Below are positions 37,501 through 50,414 of a DNA stretch of 64,000 nt, piece by piece (position 1 is the stretch's first letter; each line of letters opens with the position of its first letter). Origin of the DNA: Antedon mediterranea (lineage: Eukaryota > Animalia > Echinodermata); NCBI RefSeq assembly GCF_964355755.1, contig NC_092671.1, forward strand, positions 38,078,304-38,142,303, in the 5' to 3' direction. The position numbers and the translations under genes were made by a program. The notes below the pieces were generated by a model, which was given only the letters and a program-made list of their open reading frames with translations, did not search any database and had not been told where the DNA came from.

Positions 37501-38870
37501 GGCCAACAGAGCCGTTGTAGGCTTTAATCATAGGATTGAAAACAACATCGTATTCAGTAAGAATGGATTGGAATTGGGATTTCACATTCTGTGGGAGGAT
37601 ATGGTTTGGATCTACCTTGACATAATCAGAAAACGCGACAGAGGAAGGAGGCTTACAGGGCTTAGATGGCGACTTTTGGGGAATAGCATTTTCGGCCGAC
37701 AATGGCACAAAGGTGGGTCGGACTTGGCAAAAATGTTCGTGTCGTTTGATGACCTTTGTCTCGCGCTTCTGTAGGCCGTTGCCAATTTACAGTAATCTCT
37801 CTAAACAATGCTACTTTTAATACTTACAATATTATATGTTTTCATCTTTTCCATTGATTGTAAACCTCTAACTAAACTTTCCAGTATTTTATTATTCAAC
37901 TTCTGTTTCCAATAATAGTCAATATAAACAATTAATTTTTATTTTTATCATTACTGTAAATAATCATTGTATATATTTTATAATTTATATTTATATTGGT
38001 CTTATTTTTTTTTGTTTGTAAAAATCTACTGTAATATTATACCTTATTGTGGTTACCATTATAACAAATGTACGATTGATTGAATAAAGTTCACATATGT
38101 ATTCACATATGTATTATGACCTGAGGTGTGTCGGTGGAGTTTGGGATACGTACCCTTCCCGCAACACTAGAGACCAAGTCAAACTTTGGCCAGGTTCGAG
38201 GAAACGTACCCTTACTATGTGGTTCGAGAGCAAACACGTCATCGTGTTGGATGAAGTCAGACGGAATGGCTACCTCGATAAATTCTCCCGGCCATATAGT
38301 GGTCTCCCCTTCAGGAGCACGAAGCACACAAGCGCGGCGAACCGTGTTATGGTGAAGGCCCTGTACCTGGGAACCATAGATGTACGTGGTACCGTCACCC
38401 AATTTAATTTCCCGCTTCGCGGGTCGGAGGGCGATATCATTTAGCTCCATAAAAGGAGTTCCGGCAAGAATGTCGACGTCAAGTTTTTCGACAACGAGAC
38501 CCTCAAATTTGAATTCCCTGTCGTCGTCCCTTGTGAGAATAATTGTGGTTTCGCCTACGACCGAAAGTGGGGAAGATCCGTCAGCCTGATGGGCAGACTG
38601 AGAGCTACTTTTAATGGTGGCGCCAAGGGCAGTGGCAGCAGTAAAGGTAATCATGTTTCCTGTAGCCCCACTGTCGAGTGTGATTCTGGCTGTGTGGTGT
38701 TGGTGAAATGTGTCAAGGTATGGGGACTGGCGAACTTGGACTCGTAAAGCTGTCGACGGTGCACTATTATCACCAGGCTCATCCGAGGTATTATCATCAT
38801 CGATGATGCCAACGATTTGTCGGGCATTAGCCATGTATTTCCTGTCTGACTCGGGCAAATATGAGGGCAT
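34575..38870 (-). pseudogene. pol: Troyka-like pol: protease, RT, RNase H, integrase; has frameshifts, stops and an insertion
   Basis: LDSGATG; [22 protein letters not shown]; VTDGA, TDSKP; H..LDHP..CHHC; AADV/RTDP/EK integrase triad. Confidence 0.9.
37756..38115 (+). mobile_element. 360-bp 5'-truncated LINE/SINE 3' end inserted in the Troyka-like pol
   Basis: 7-bp TSD ATGACCT (37749-37755 and 38116-38122), AATAAA, tail (TTCACATATGTA)2; removing it restores PQVIKRHEHFCQV. Confidence 0.85.
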
Positions 38871-39446
38871 TCACTGAGGAAATGCTTGTCGTCCGATCGG
38901 CCGCTCTGTTTACAGATAGGACAGGACTTGTGTTGGGAAAACTGTGGTCGGGAGAATGACTGCCGAGGATTGGAATTTCGGCGTGAATCAGTGGAGCGGG
39001 GTGTGAAAGCTGAAGGAGAGCGAAATGGGGATGACCGAAAAACACGCGCATCATCCGCAGTTCGTAACTCTTCTAAGAGAGAGTCTAAAGCCTGAGAAAT
39101 CTCCGGTTTCACTGACGCTAGAGTTCGAGTGCGGAGCTCAGTACCATACCTTTGCTTAACTAACTTAGGAAGGCCTTTGTGGATGAGAGAGAGCCAAGTA
39201 AGAACTACCAAATTTTCCAACGAGGGTGAAAGTTCTTCGTCCTCCTGTATTTGGGCATCATGGTGGGAAACGCCCCCGTCTTGACGTAGTAAATTATCAT
39301 GGACGAAAGCAACTAAGCGCTGATAGAGATCTTCCGGTCTTTCTTTATCTTGTAAATGTATATCAGCAAAATCAATAAAATGGGCGCCGGTTGACTGGAA
39401 TCCATAATGCAGTCGGATAGTTTGCCAAATTTGTGAAAGTGAGGAG

Positions 39447-42400
39447 TGTTAAGTTATCCCCTCATATATAATGCACCTTTGACGTGCCATACTGTCATTA
39501 TTCGCGGGTCTCTTTTTGTGGTGAAACCTCGTGAGATGATAAATAAAACACACTTTGCTCTTAGTTTCCGTAGTTTCTGTATTATTATTTCTATATATTC
39601 CCGATTCCAGGTTACAATGAATTCAACAGGTTATGGGCCCAGCCGTTTTCAAAGATTGCTTTTTAACGGAGATGAAGAAAAATATGAACTTTGGGAAGTA
39701 AAATTTCTAGGGTACCTAAACACACTAAAACCAGCGTTAAAAAGCACGATTACGTCTACACAGCCGGAGCCAGCCACCGACGATGACAACCATAAAAATG
39801 AAAAGGCGTATTCGGAGCTGATACAATTTCTGGACGACAAGTCATTATCGTTGATCATTAACGATGCAACTGATGACGGGAGAAAAGCTCTGTCTATTTT
39901 AAGAACCGAATATTCTAGCAAATCTAAACCAAAAGTGGTGCAACTTTACACCAAACTAACAACACTCGAAATGGGTGAGGAGGACTGCACGTCGTTCATT
40001 ATCAGAGTGGAAAAGATTATCACATCATTACAAAGAGCAAAAGAAACACCTAGTGACGCACTTCTAACAGCAATGGTATTAAAAGGTTTGCCTGGAGCAT
40101 ACGCTCCATTTAAAATATACATAAATACACAAGAAAAAGACATATCTTTTATAGAATTTAAAACATCCTTAAGAAAGTTCGCAGAATCAGAGAAACTAAA
40201 TACACCAGAATCTAATAACGACAGAGTGATGAAAGTTGGAAACCCACAAAACTCCAGAAAATGCTACGAGTGCGGATCACCTAACCACTTGATAAAAGAT
40301 TGCCCTACAAAAACCTGTAAATACCACAAGAATGCCAATCACCTTGACAAGGACTGTTTCAGAAATAAACCAAAGGACCAAATAAAGAAAGCGGAGGATG
40401 GATTTGAACATTCCTTTTTCTTTCAAGTGTCAGAAAACATAACATGTCAAGATGGTATTTTAGTAGACACTGGCTGCACCTCACATGTAGTAAATGACCG
40501 AGAGAAATTCTCCAGTTTCGATCCAACCTTTAAAAGCCTTAATCATACTATTGAACTTGCTGATGGTAGCGTAGCAAAAGGTGTTGCAGTAAAGAGAGGA
40601 CATGCACACATAAACCTGATAGATGAAAACAACGAGAAAGTAGAAACTGTCTTAAAAAATGCCCTGTACATACCAACGTACCCACACAACATAATAAGCG
40701 TAAGAGCTGCAACGACAACAGGAGCAAGAGTAACCCTTAGTAAAGAAGAAAACACAATCACTAATGCTGGAAGAACATTCAAAATGAGTATTATTGACAA
40801 CCTATACTACTTACCAACCACAAGTGCACCTAGAGAAGTAGATAAATTAAGCCTTGTTAAAGATTTACAATATTGGCATAGAGTCCTAGGACATTGTAAC
40901 TTTGACGATGTACTAAAATTAGAAAAGGTAGTGGACGGCATGGAAATCAAAGGTAGTAAAGTTAAGGAAACATGTAACATATGCACTGAAGGTAAATTTG
41001 TTAATGTAAGAAATAGAGAACCAGACAAAAGGGCAAATTGTCCATTAGCCTTAGTACATTCTGATCTGGCAGGGCCAATATCACCATTGGCTAAAGACGA
41101 ATTCAAATACGCCATATCATTTACTGATGACCATTCTGGTTTTGTTTTTGTTTACTTCCTCAGAATGAAAAGTGATGCTGCAGCAGCTACCAAACAATTT
41201 CTTTCTGACTGTGCCCCAATAGGCAAAGTTAAGTGCTTGCGAACTGATAACGGTGGTGAATATGTCAGTTCTGACTTCAAAAGCCTAATGACAGATAGAG
41301 GTATTAAACATGAGTTTTCATCTCCAAATTCACCCCATCAAAATGGAACCGCGGAACGTAATTGGCGCACTCTTTTTGAAATGGGTAGATGTCTTTTGCT
41401 GGAATCTTCACTGCCAAAGTCCTTATGGACTTATGCAGTAAGAGCAGCGACCTATATAAGAAACCGTTGTTTCAACCAACGCCTAAATAAGACTCCTTTT
41501 GAGACCATGACTGGCTATAAACCAAATTTGGGAAAAATGCACATTTTTGGAAAACCTTGCTACGCATACATACATAACTCAAAGAAACTAGAACCTAAGA
41601 GTAAGCGTGGTATATTTCTGGGATATGATTCATCTAGTCCAGCATATTTAATCTATGACCCAAACACTGGCAAAGTTCAGAAATTCAGATTGATAAAAAT
41701 TATATCTGACCAAACATCTAACACCAACCAACAAACACAGACAGATGAAAGTGACGAAACAAATGTAAACTTGGAGGATAATGAGAACACAAATGAATCC
41801 CAAATTATTGAACATGAAAATACCCCAAATGTTAATAATTATGATAACTTAGAGAAAAATGACAACAATGGGGTAGATATTGATGATGCCCACAGAAGGT
41901 ATCCTCAAGGGGAGAGAAAGTATCCCAATTACCTACAGGAGTATGAGACTGAATTTGACAGTGATGATTCGATCTATCATATGTCATGTCAAAATGTTCC
42001 CTTAACATATACAGAAGCTACAAATTCCCAATATTCAGAAAGTTGGAAAAGGGCAATGGATGAAGAATTACAATCATTGAAAGATAATAACACCTTTAAG
42101 ATAGTCACATTACCCAATGACAAACACCTCATTGGCGGAAAATGGGTATTTGCTATAAAGGAATCGGCCGAGGGTAATCACACGTACAAGGCAAGATACG
42201 TTGCCAAGGGTTTTAACCAAATAAAAGGCATAGACTATCATGAGACATTCTCGCCCACAGCCAATTTGACCTCAATTAGAACATTAATGCAAATATCTGT
42301 ACAACATAACCTTATAGTCCACCAGATGGATGTGAAATCTGCATACTTAAATGCAGATATTGATACCGAAATATACTTAAGCCAACCTGAAGGTTACGAA

Positions 42401-43159
42401 ATTAAGTCTGAAAATGGGAAAAAATTTGTATTAAAATTGAACAAGTCATTATACGGGCTTAAACAGTCAGGTCGAAATTGGAATCAGCTGCTGCACAACC
42501 ACTTGAAGAGTAATGATTTTAAAAGAAACCCAGCAGACTACTGTGTATATACAAAACGCAACAAAGATGACTTAGAAATTGTTGTAATATGGGTTGACGA
42601 TATATTAATTGCAGCCACAAATGAGAATGTACTTAGTGATTTTAAGACAAATATGAAAAATGAGTTAATGTGATATGTGATAACCAAGGTGCTATAGCAT
42701 TAAGCAGAAACCCAGTGCAAAGACAAAGGTCTAAGCATACAGATATATGGTATCATTTCATAAGGGATGTCTTAAAAGATGGACAAATAGATACCCAGTA
42801 TTGTCCAACAGAAGACATGGTGGCAGATATTTTAACTAAACCAGCCACCAAGGTTAAACTAGAGAAATTCAAAATATTTCTATTTGGAGAATAGTTGATG
42901 TTAAAAATGTTACATTGTTGTATTGAATTTTGTGTGTTATTTTTGTAGTGGTTTAAGATTATGAGGTGATGTGGGGGTGTTAAGTTATCCCCTCATATAT
43001 AATGCACCTTTGACGTGCCATACTGTCATTATTCGCGGGTCTCTTTTTGTGGTGAAACCTCGTGAGATGATAAATAAAACACACTTTGCTCTTAGTTTCC
43101 GTAGTTTCTGTATTATTATTTCTATATATTCCCGATTCCAGGTTACAATGAATTCAACA
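39447..43159 (+). mobile_element. Ty1/Copia LTR retrotransposon, recent insertion, internally deleted
   Basis: 182-bp TG...CA LTRs at 39447-39628 and 42978-43159 with no difference seen by eye, 5-bp TSD AGGAG, PBS GGTTATGGGCCCAG, PPT GTGGGGG. Confidence 0.97.
39617..42894 (+). pseudogene. pol: Copia gag-pol polyprotein (gag, PR, IN, RT to 42673, RNase H C-terminus 42670-42894)
   Basis: CCHC knuckle, VDTGCTSH, WHRVLGH..C..C, RTDNGGEY, QNGTAER, KARYVAKG, QMDVKSAYL, LYGLKQS, WVDD, DNQGAI..SKH.D. Confidence 0.93.
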
Positions 43160-43670
43160 AGGAGGAGCTTTTAACAATGGTATTCCGGGAAATTATAGGG
43201 CAAAAATTAGCGATCTGACCGAGCATGAGTTCAAGGATAGTGAGTTTTTGTTGGGCGGTATGACGACGTGCAACAGGTACCTCCTCATTGTCGTCAGTTA
43301 AGCCGCGAAGGGGGGATGCCCTGGTTTTGGGACGCCAAACAGAACCATCTAGGAGAAATGGAGAAAAATTTGCATCAAGTGAGAGTGTGTAGATAAGGTT
43401 TTGCTTCCAGTTTTCGAATGTATTTATAGTTTCATTCTTGGTTAAGCACCATTGCTTGGGTGCTCCCTCTAGTACCGGCCATGGTAAGAAATATATACAG
43501 AAGTCTAGGTGCAACAGCCGATCGGCGCCTGTGAAAGCGTAGAGTATGTGATGATATGCTAGCTCGATTTGTTGGGCTAGGCCTACTAGCCTAGATTGGG
43601 TAGGCTACTCACCAGTACTAGGCCTAGTCGAATAATGGTGGGTGGGCTCGTAATCGTATAGCTGCCACCA

Positions 43671-43778
43671 CGCCAGTAAGGCAAAAGGCACACCACAATA
43701 AAGACGACCGGACACGTAAGACTCAAGTAGAATAAGATCTTTATTCGTCAAAACCAAATATCACAACAATAACATAAC
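43671..43778 (-). repeat. 5' LTR of the Troyka-like element, missing its first ~54 bp
   Basis: Matches 34294-34401; abuts PBS-like TGGTGGCAGC (43670-43661); replaced beyond 43778 by unrelated TAGTCTGGGCTCCAGAC. Confidence 0.88.
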
Positions 43779-45539
43779 TAGTCTGGGCTCCAGACGGAGT
43801 TTTTTCTTAATATTAGTAAAAATATAAACATTTTTGCACATATGGCGTTTCATACGTGTATTACTTGAGTTTGGATACTCCGTCTGGGGAAACACGCAAA
43901 AGTCACGTGGTTTGACACCTGAATTCTTGGTGCATAGATTATCCGGTTGACTAGTTTCAGCTGCATGCGATTGGCTACTCACTCGTACACTGTTTTAATA
44001 TTCATATTTCAGAATTTCAAAGACGCAACAACTAAGATGGTACGCATGCGCTATGTTACGTTTAGACAATGTACTTGGGTACATTGATCGGGACATTGAT
44101 GAACGTTTCTGAAGGCTAGAAATGATTGTATATGCCTAGGCCTAGTAGTAGTCTGGTAAACATTTGATGGGATTTTCCCCAAGAACATGAAAACTCGTCT
44201 TGCTTCTCCGCAAATCAAACATTGAATGGATCATTTAATATTACGCGGAGATAATTTGATTTAAATCCCACCTAGACCCTTTCCTGTTCTGTGTAGTGGT
44301 GTCGTAGCCCTGTCTGTTGTGTGTGAATCCTGTTGTGTGCCGGTGGTGGTATGTAGGCCTACCTCTTATTGGCGTTTTATTTGGCAGATCATACGTGCGA
44401 GTTGAGTAGGACCTACGAAGGAGGCCTAGGCTAAAGACTAAACAATTAATAAACAAAACAACTTGGCAACACGATTTCATATTTCAACAGTCTCGATCGT
44501 ACATTCAGCACTGTACGTACTCGATCTTTTTCATTTTGAAACAAAATGATCATTGGTTGATTTGAAATCCATATTTACATACCGCCCGCCCCATATAGCC
44601 AAATACGGTATGATAACCTACGTCATTCTTATCAGTTGTTTGCGGTCTGCAAATCGATTTCTATACGTGTTTCACAAGTCTGTATTTTCAGACAAAAATC
44701 GCGGTCGAAATAAAAACAAATAAATAAAAAACAAGCACGAATGTGCAATACTCGGGGTACAGCGAAAGAAGCTGTAATGATGTCATAAGACCGGATGTAA
44801 CGTCACATACACATCAAAAACCGCGCTACCAAATACGGCTATACGATACCATCTTCGAGACGCTGTTCTAAAATTTTAGGTACCCCCGTAACAGAGTGCA
44901 CCCCCTATTGAATTACAAATGACGTCACAACCTAATTAGCATACTGTATCCGCCCATAATTTTTAGTATCCCCTCTCGCTCTAATGTTAAGTGGCATTTT
45001 ATATTTAGATGTCTACCGCTCCCGCACAACTTATGTAGCCTATAGGTCTTTAGTACAGTAATAATAACAAAAATACTACTGTTCATGTACCTACATTATC
45101 CATAAATGTACCATGCAATGATTGTTTATCGAGAAAATAACCTAGGCCTCTGACGCGGAAGTCCGATATCTCTGAATCGAAACAGCCGAGCCTGCTGTAG
45201 CTGCTTATATAGCTGTGATGTGAACTAGGCTGGCTAGCCTGGCCAACAGCGACCGATTGTGGAGATACATTTTTAGTAACTCTTTTAAAAGTTGCTAGGA
45301 CTGGGAAAGGTGGGAATGATCCACGCCTCCCTACGAAATAGACCAACTTAAGAATATAAAATTGAACAGTTTTCTCACATCCTGTAATACATTATTATAG
45401 GCCTACTATAAATCATGAATTGTGGCTAATTCTTTAGGCCTACGATAGACAATATAAAAAACGCACCGTAAAAACTAATCTGTAACCATGTGAATGACAT
45501 AATCTAATACACGGCAATTGACTTTGAGTTAATATTCCC

Positions 45540-48365
45540 AATATTGTGACAAATGTCTGTACCCTCGTGACAGGGTACAATATAACAGTACGGTAATCAC
45601 TCTAGTAGGCTTAGGTATAACCTCGGTGTCTACAATATTATGTACCCCGTGACAGGTTGCACCCCTATACCCCTAATATAACAGTTAATAGGCCTACTAT
45701 AGTAGGATACAATATTTTACGGACTGTCTAGAATATTAGGTACACCCGTGACGCACCCCCTATAGGCCTATAACAGTTAATAACTATCTATTAAAGGGGT
45801 GCAATATATTATGGGCTGTCTAGAATATTAGGTACCCCCGTGACAGATTGCACCCCCTATATTATAACAGTTAATAACTATATATTATAGGGGGTGCAAT
45901 ATATTACGGAATGTCTAGAATATTAGGTACCCCCGTGACAGATTGCACCCCCTATATTATAACAGTTAATAACTATATATTATAGGGGGTGCAATATATT
46001 ACGGACTGTCTAGAATATTAGGTACCCCCGTGACAGATTGCACCCCCTATATTATAACAGTTAATAACTATATATTATAGGGGGTGCAATATATTACGGA
46101 CTGTCTAGAATATTAGGTACCCCGTGACAGATTGCACCCCCTGTAATATAACAGTTAATAACTATATACTATAGGGGGTACAATATATTACGGGCTGTCT
46201 AGAATATTAGGTACCCCCGTGACAGATTGCACCCCCTATATTATAACAGTTAATAACTATATACTATAGGGGGTGCAATATATTACGGACTGTCTAGAAT
46301 ATTAGGTACCCCCGTGACAGATTGCACCCCCTATATTATAACAGTTAATAACTATATATTATAGGGGGTGCAATATATTACGGACTGTCTAGAATATTAG
46401 GTACCCCGTGACAGATTTCCCCCCTGTAATATAACAGTTAATAACTATATACTATAGAGGGTACAATATATTACGGGCTGTCTAGAATATTAGGTACCCC
46501 CGTGACAGATTGCACCCCCTATATTATAACAGTTAATAACTATATACTATAGGGGGTGCAATATATTACGGACTGTCTAGAATATTAGGTACCCCCGTGA
46601 CAGATTGTACCCCCTATATTATAACAGTTAATAACTATATATTATAGGGGGTGCAATATATTACGGACTGTCTAGAATATTAGGTACCCCGTGACAGATT
46701 GCACCCCCTGTAATATAACAGTTAATAACTATATACTATAGGGGGTACAATATATTACGGGCTGTCTAGAATATTAGGTACCCCCGTGACAGATTGCACC
46801 CCCTGTATTATAACAGTTAATAACTATATACTATAGGGGGTGCAATATATTACGGACTGTCTAGAATATTAGGTACCCCCGTGACAGATTGCACCCCCTG
46901 TATTATAACAGTTAATAACTATATACTATAGGGGGTGCAATATATTACGGACTGTCTAGAATATTAGGTACCCCGTGACAGATTGCACCCCCTATATTAT
47001 AACAGTTAATAACTATATACTATAGGGGGTGCAATATATTACGGACTGTCTAGAATATTAGGTACCCCCGTGACAGATTGCACCCCCTATATTATAACAG
47101 TTAATAACTATATTTTATAGGGGGTGCAATATATTACGGACTGTCTAGAATATTAGGTACCCCCGTGACCGATTGAACCCCCATGACCGATTGCACCCCC
47201 TGTATTATAACAGTTAATAACTATCTATTATAGGGGTGCAATATATTACGGAATGTCTAGAATATTAGGTAACCCGTGACAGATTGCACCCCCTATAATA
47301 TAACAGTTAATAACTATATACTATAGGGGGTGCAATATATTATGGGCTGTCTAGAATATTAGGTACCCCGTGACAGATTGCACCCCCTATATTATAACAG
47401 TTAATAACTATATATTATAGGGGTGCAATATATTATGGGCTGTCTAGAATATTAGGTACCCCGTGACAGATTGCACCCCCTATATTATAACAGTTAATAA
47501 TAACTATATATATAGGGGGTGCAATATATTATGGGCTGTCTAGAATATTAGGTACCCCGTGACAGATTGCACCCCCTGTAATATAACAGTTAATAACTAT
47601 ATACTATAGGGGGTGCAATATATTATGGGCTGTCTAGAATATTAGGTACCCCGTGACAGATTGCACCCCCTGTAATATAACAGTTAATAACTATATATTA
47701 TAGGGGGTGCAATATATTACGGACTGTCTAGAATATTAGGTACCCCCGTGACAGATTGCACCCCCTGTATTATAACAGTTAATAACTATATATTATAGGG
47801 GTGCAATATATTATGGGCTGTCTAGAATATTAGGTACCCCGTGACAGATTGCACCCCCTATATTATAACAGTTAATAATAACTATATATATAGGGGGTGC
47901 AATATATTATGGGCTGTCTAGAATATTAGGTACCCCGTGACAGATTGCACCCCCTGTAATATAACAGTTAATAACTATATACTATAGGGGGTGCAATATA
48001 TTATGGGCTGTCTAGAATATTAGGTACCCCGTGACAGATTGCACCCCCTGTAATATAACAGTTAATAACTATATATTATAGGGGGTGCAATATATTACGG
48101 ACTGTCTAGAATATTAGGTACCCCCGTGACAGATTGCACCCCCTATATTATAACAGTTAATAATAACTATATATATAGGGGGTGCAATATATTATGGGCT
48201 GTCTAGAATATTAGGTACCCCGTGACAGATTGCACCCCCTGTAATATAACAGTTAATAACTATATACTATAGGGGGTGCAATATATTACGGGCTGTCTAG
48301 AATATTAGGTAACCCGTGACAGATTGCACCCCCTAATATAACAGTTAATAACTATATATTAGGGA
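45540..48365 (+). repeat. Tandem array, 94-95-bp unit, ~28 well-conserved copies plus degenerate leaders
   Basis: Unit CTGTCTAGAATATTAGGTACCCCCGTGACAGATTGCACCCCCTATATTATAACAGTTAATAACTATATATTATAGGGGGTGCAATATATTACGGA. Confidence 0.97.
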
Positions 48366-50414
48366 ATTGAGAATATAACTAGTTGTTGTGACATTATCTT
48401 TAAATTAAAAACAATACAAGATTCAAAGTAGAATCAATGTATACATATGTGGCCAATGTTAATTATGAAGTCAAAAAAAAAGAAAAAAAAACTGTACAAA
48501 AATATTTTTATTATGAAAATTGTATGCGTCGCGGATGACGGCAAATTGGAAATGAGTTTTAAGAAGGTTGACGTATTGTAATATTTCTCCTCATTTAAAA
48601 GAGATTTTAAAATTTGTTTTGTATTATTATGTTGCCAGATAGTTGTTTTAGATGACTGACTGTTAATTATAAAATTTTAACTGCAAATTTATTAATAAAT
48701 ATGATTTATATGTCGTTACGGACGGGACATTTCTAACGTCGCGGACAGGACACTTTTGTCCAGGTTAAACAAAATTTATAATTAGTTTTTTCTGAGGTTT
48801 TTTACATCAATTTACTCCTTTATTTACAAATCAAAATATAATTCAACCTTTGAAACACTGTATAAAAGTTTATGTCAAGTGAAAATATTAAAATTCATAA
48901 ATATGAAATATTTATTTATAAAATTAATTATTCGAAGAGTTATAAAGAGAAGCAATACTGTTAAATGCTATCAAAATAATATTTACACTAATTTAAAAGT
49001 TATGCTTGGCATATTACACAAGACTTCAAGCTATTAACACATTTAAGGAGAATCTTTAAAAATTGTCGTTGGCATTTGACGTCTGAATTTGTTAGAAAGT
49101 GGATCCAAGTTGCATCCTTGCTTGGATTTAATGTTACTGTAGGCCTACTTCTATTAAACTTCAATCTTAATTATTTAGTATCTGATATTTAAAGATTCTT
49201 GGTTGCAAATTCACAAAATCTACAAAGTGATGACCACACCCAATACTCCCTTTCATACTTGTCATGTTGTTTTGGATTTCGGTATTGTTCTTTTGTGGAT
49301 TGTTTTTTTTAAATACAGACCACAATGTTTTGTGATTAATAAACAGCAGTTAACACCTTTGTACAGTACTGTCCAGCCTACAGTACAAAAACACGTTTTA
49401 ATTCTTAAAATAATGCCATCCCATCCCTAACAAAAATTTCCCATCCGTAACATTCACTAAATTTTGATAGTAATGTTTTTTATATTAAAAAAAACTTGTT
49501 TAAATCTATTGCAATTGAAAATTAAGAATTAAATAACAATTTTGGAGCCATTACTTCAATAAACACAAGTGAGGAAAAAACCTCAATCGAAATGTCTCAG
49601 AAGTAACAATTATGAATTTTGAAATGCAAGTATGAAATTAATGAACAATAATAAAATACTGTACTTGATTATGAACAATTGGAGCTTACTGTGAAATAAA
49701 AAGTTAACTACAGTATATTTATGGGGAAAATGTTAACAAGATGCATGGTTTTAGGATTTAAATGATATGTCCTGTCCTTAACAAAAATGTCTGTCCCGTT
49801 CCTACAAAAAATGTCATCAATATATTTTTGAAATACGATATGTTCACCAAAAGTTTCAAAATATTTGTTTATAATGTACTGCATATAGTTTTTAAAAGGA
49901 AAAAATAAAATATTAAATTGTGGTATCAATACGTTAACTGAAATGTAAAAAACACCATAAAACTACTATTAAAATGTCGTGGATGGGACAATTATGAATT
50001 TTGAAATGTATATATAACATTTAATAAACAAAATATGTGTTATAAAATGCTTGACTATGTACAATATAGGGTCATAGTGTAACTATATCTGTCAAAAAAT
50101 GTTTAAAACATTCATGGTTTGTGAAATAATTAGGATTTAAATCATATGTCCCGTCCGTAAAAAAAATGTCCCGTCCGTAACAATATATTTTTGAAATATG
50201 ATATTTTCATCAAAATGTAAAATTTTCAAAAATTGTGTTCATAATCTAATGAGATATAGTCCTCAGCAGGAGAAAATGAAATATCAAGATTTTTGCATCA
50301 TTACTTTTTAAATAAATATAAAAAAACCACCTAAAACGTCGCGAGCGGGACATTTATGAATTTGAAATGCATGTATGAAATTAATAAACAACAAAATTGT
50401 ATTGTATTGTATCG

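Larger units (their letters stand above)
38860..43514 (-). pseudogene. gag: gag of the Troyka-like element, split by the Copia insertion (pieces ~43165-43490 and ~38860-39446)
   Basis: [24 protein letters not shown]-terminal piece; [19 protein letters not shown] zinc knuckle in the distal piece. Confidence 0.8.
34294..43778 (-). mobile_element. Gypsy-superfamily LTR retrotransposon with CG...CG LTR termini (Troyka-like), interrupted by two insertions
   Basis: 108-bp direct repeat at 34294-34401 and 43671-43778, PBS-like TGGTGGCAGC, PPT, gag-PR-RT-RH-IN remnants on the minus strand. Confidence 0.9.

Noticed and set aside
35111-39095. Many antisense or alternative-frame ORFs over the Troyka-like pol/gag
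   Set aside because: Expected shadow ORFs of more GC-rich coding sequence; no independent motifs
39446-39616. N-terminal extension of the 1075-aa ORF, and ORF 42971..43174
   Set aside because: These are translations of the Copia LTR from a non-ATG codon; the plausible start is ATG 39617
43779-44860. Element starting TAGTCTGGGCTCCAGAC that truncates the 5' LTR
   Set aside because: No matching other end or TSD found, so not called as a feature
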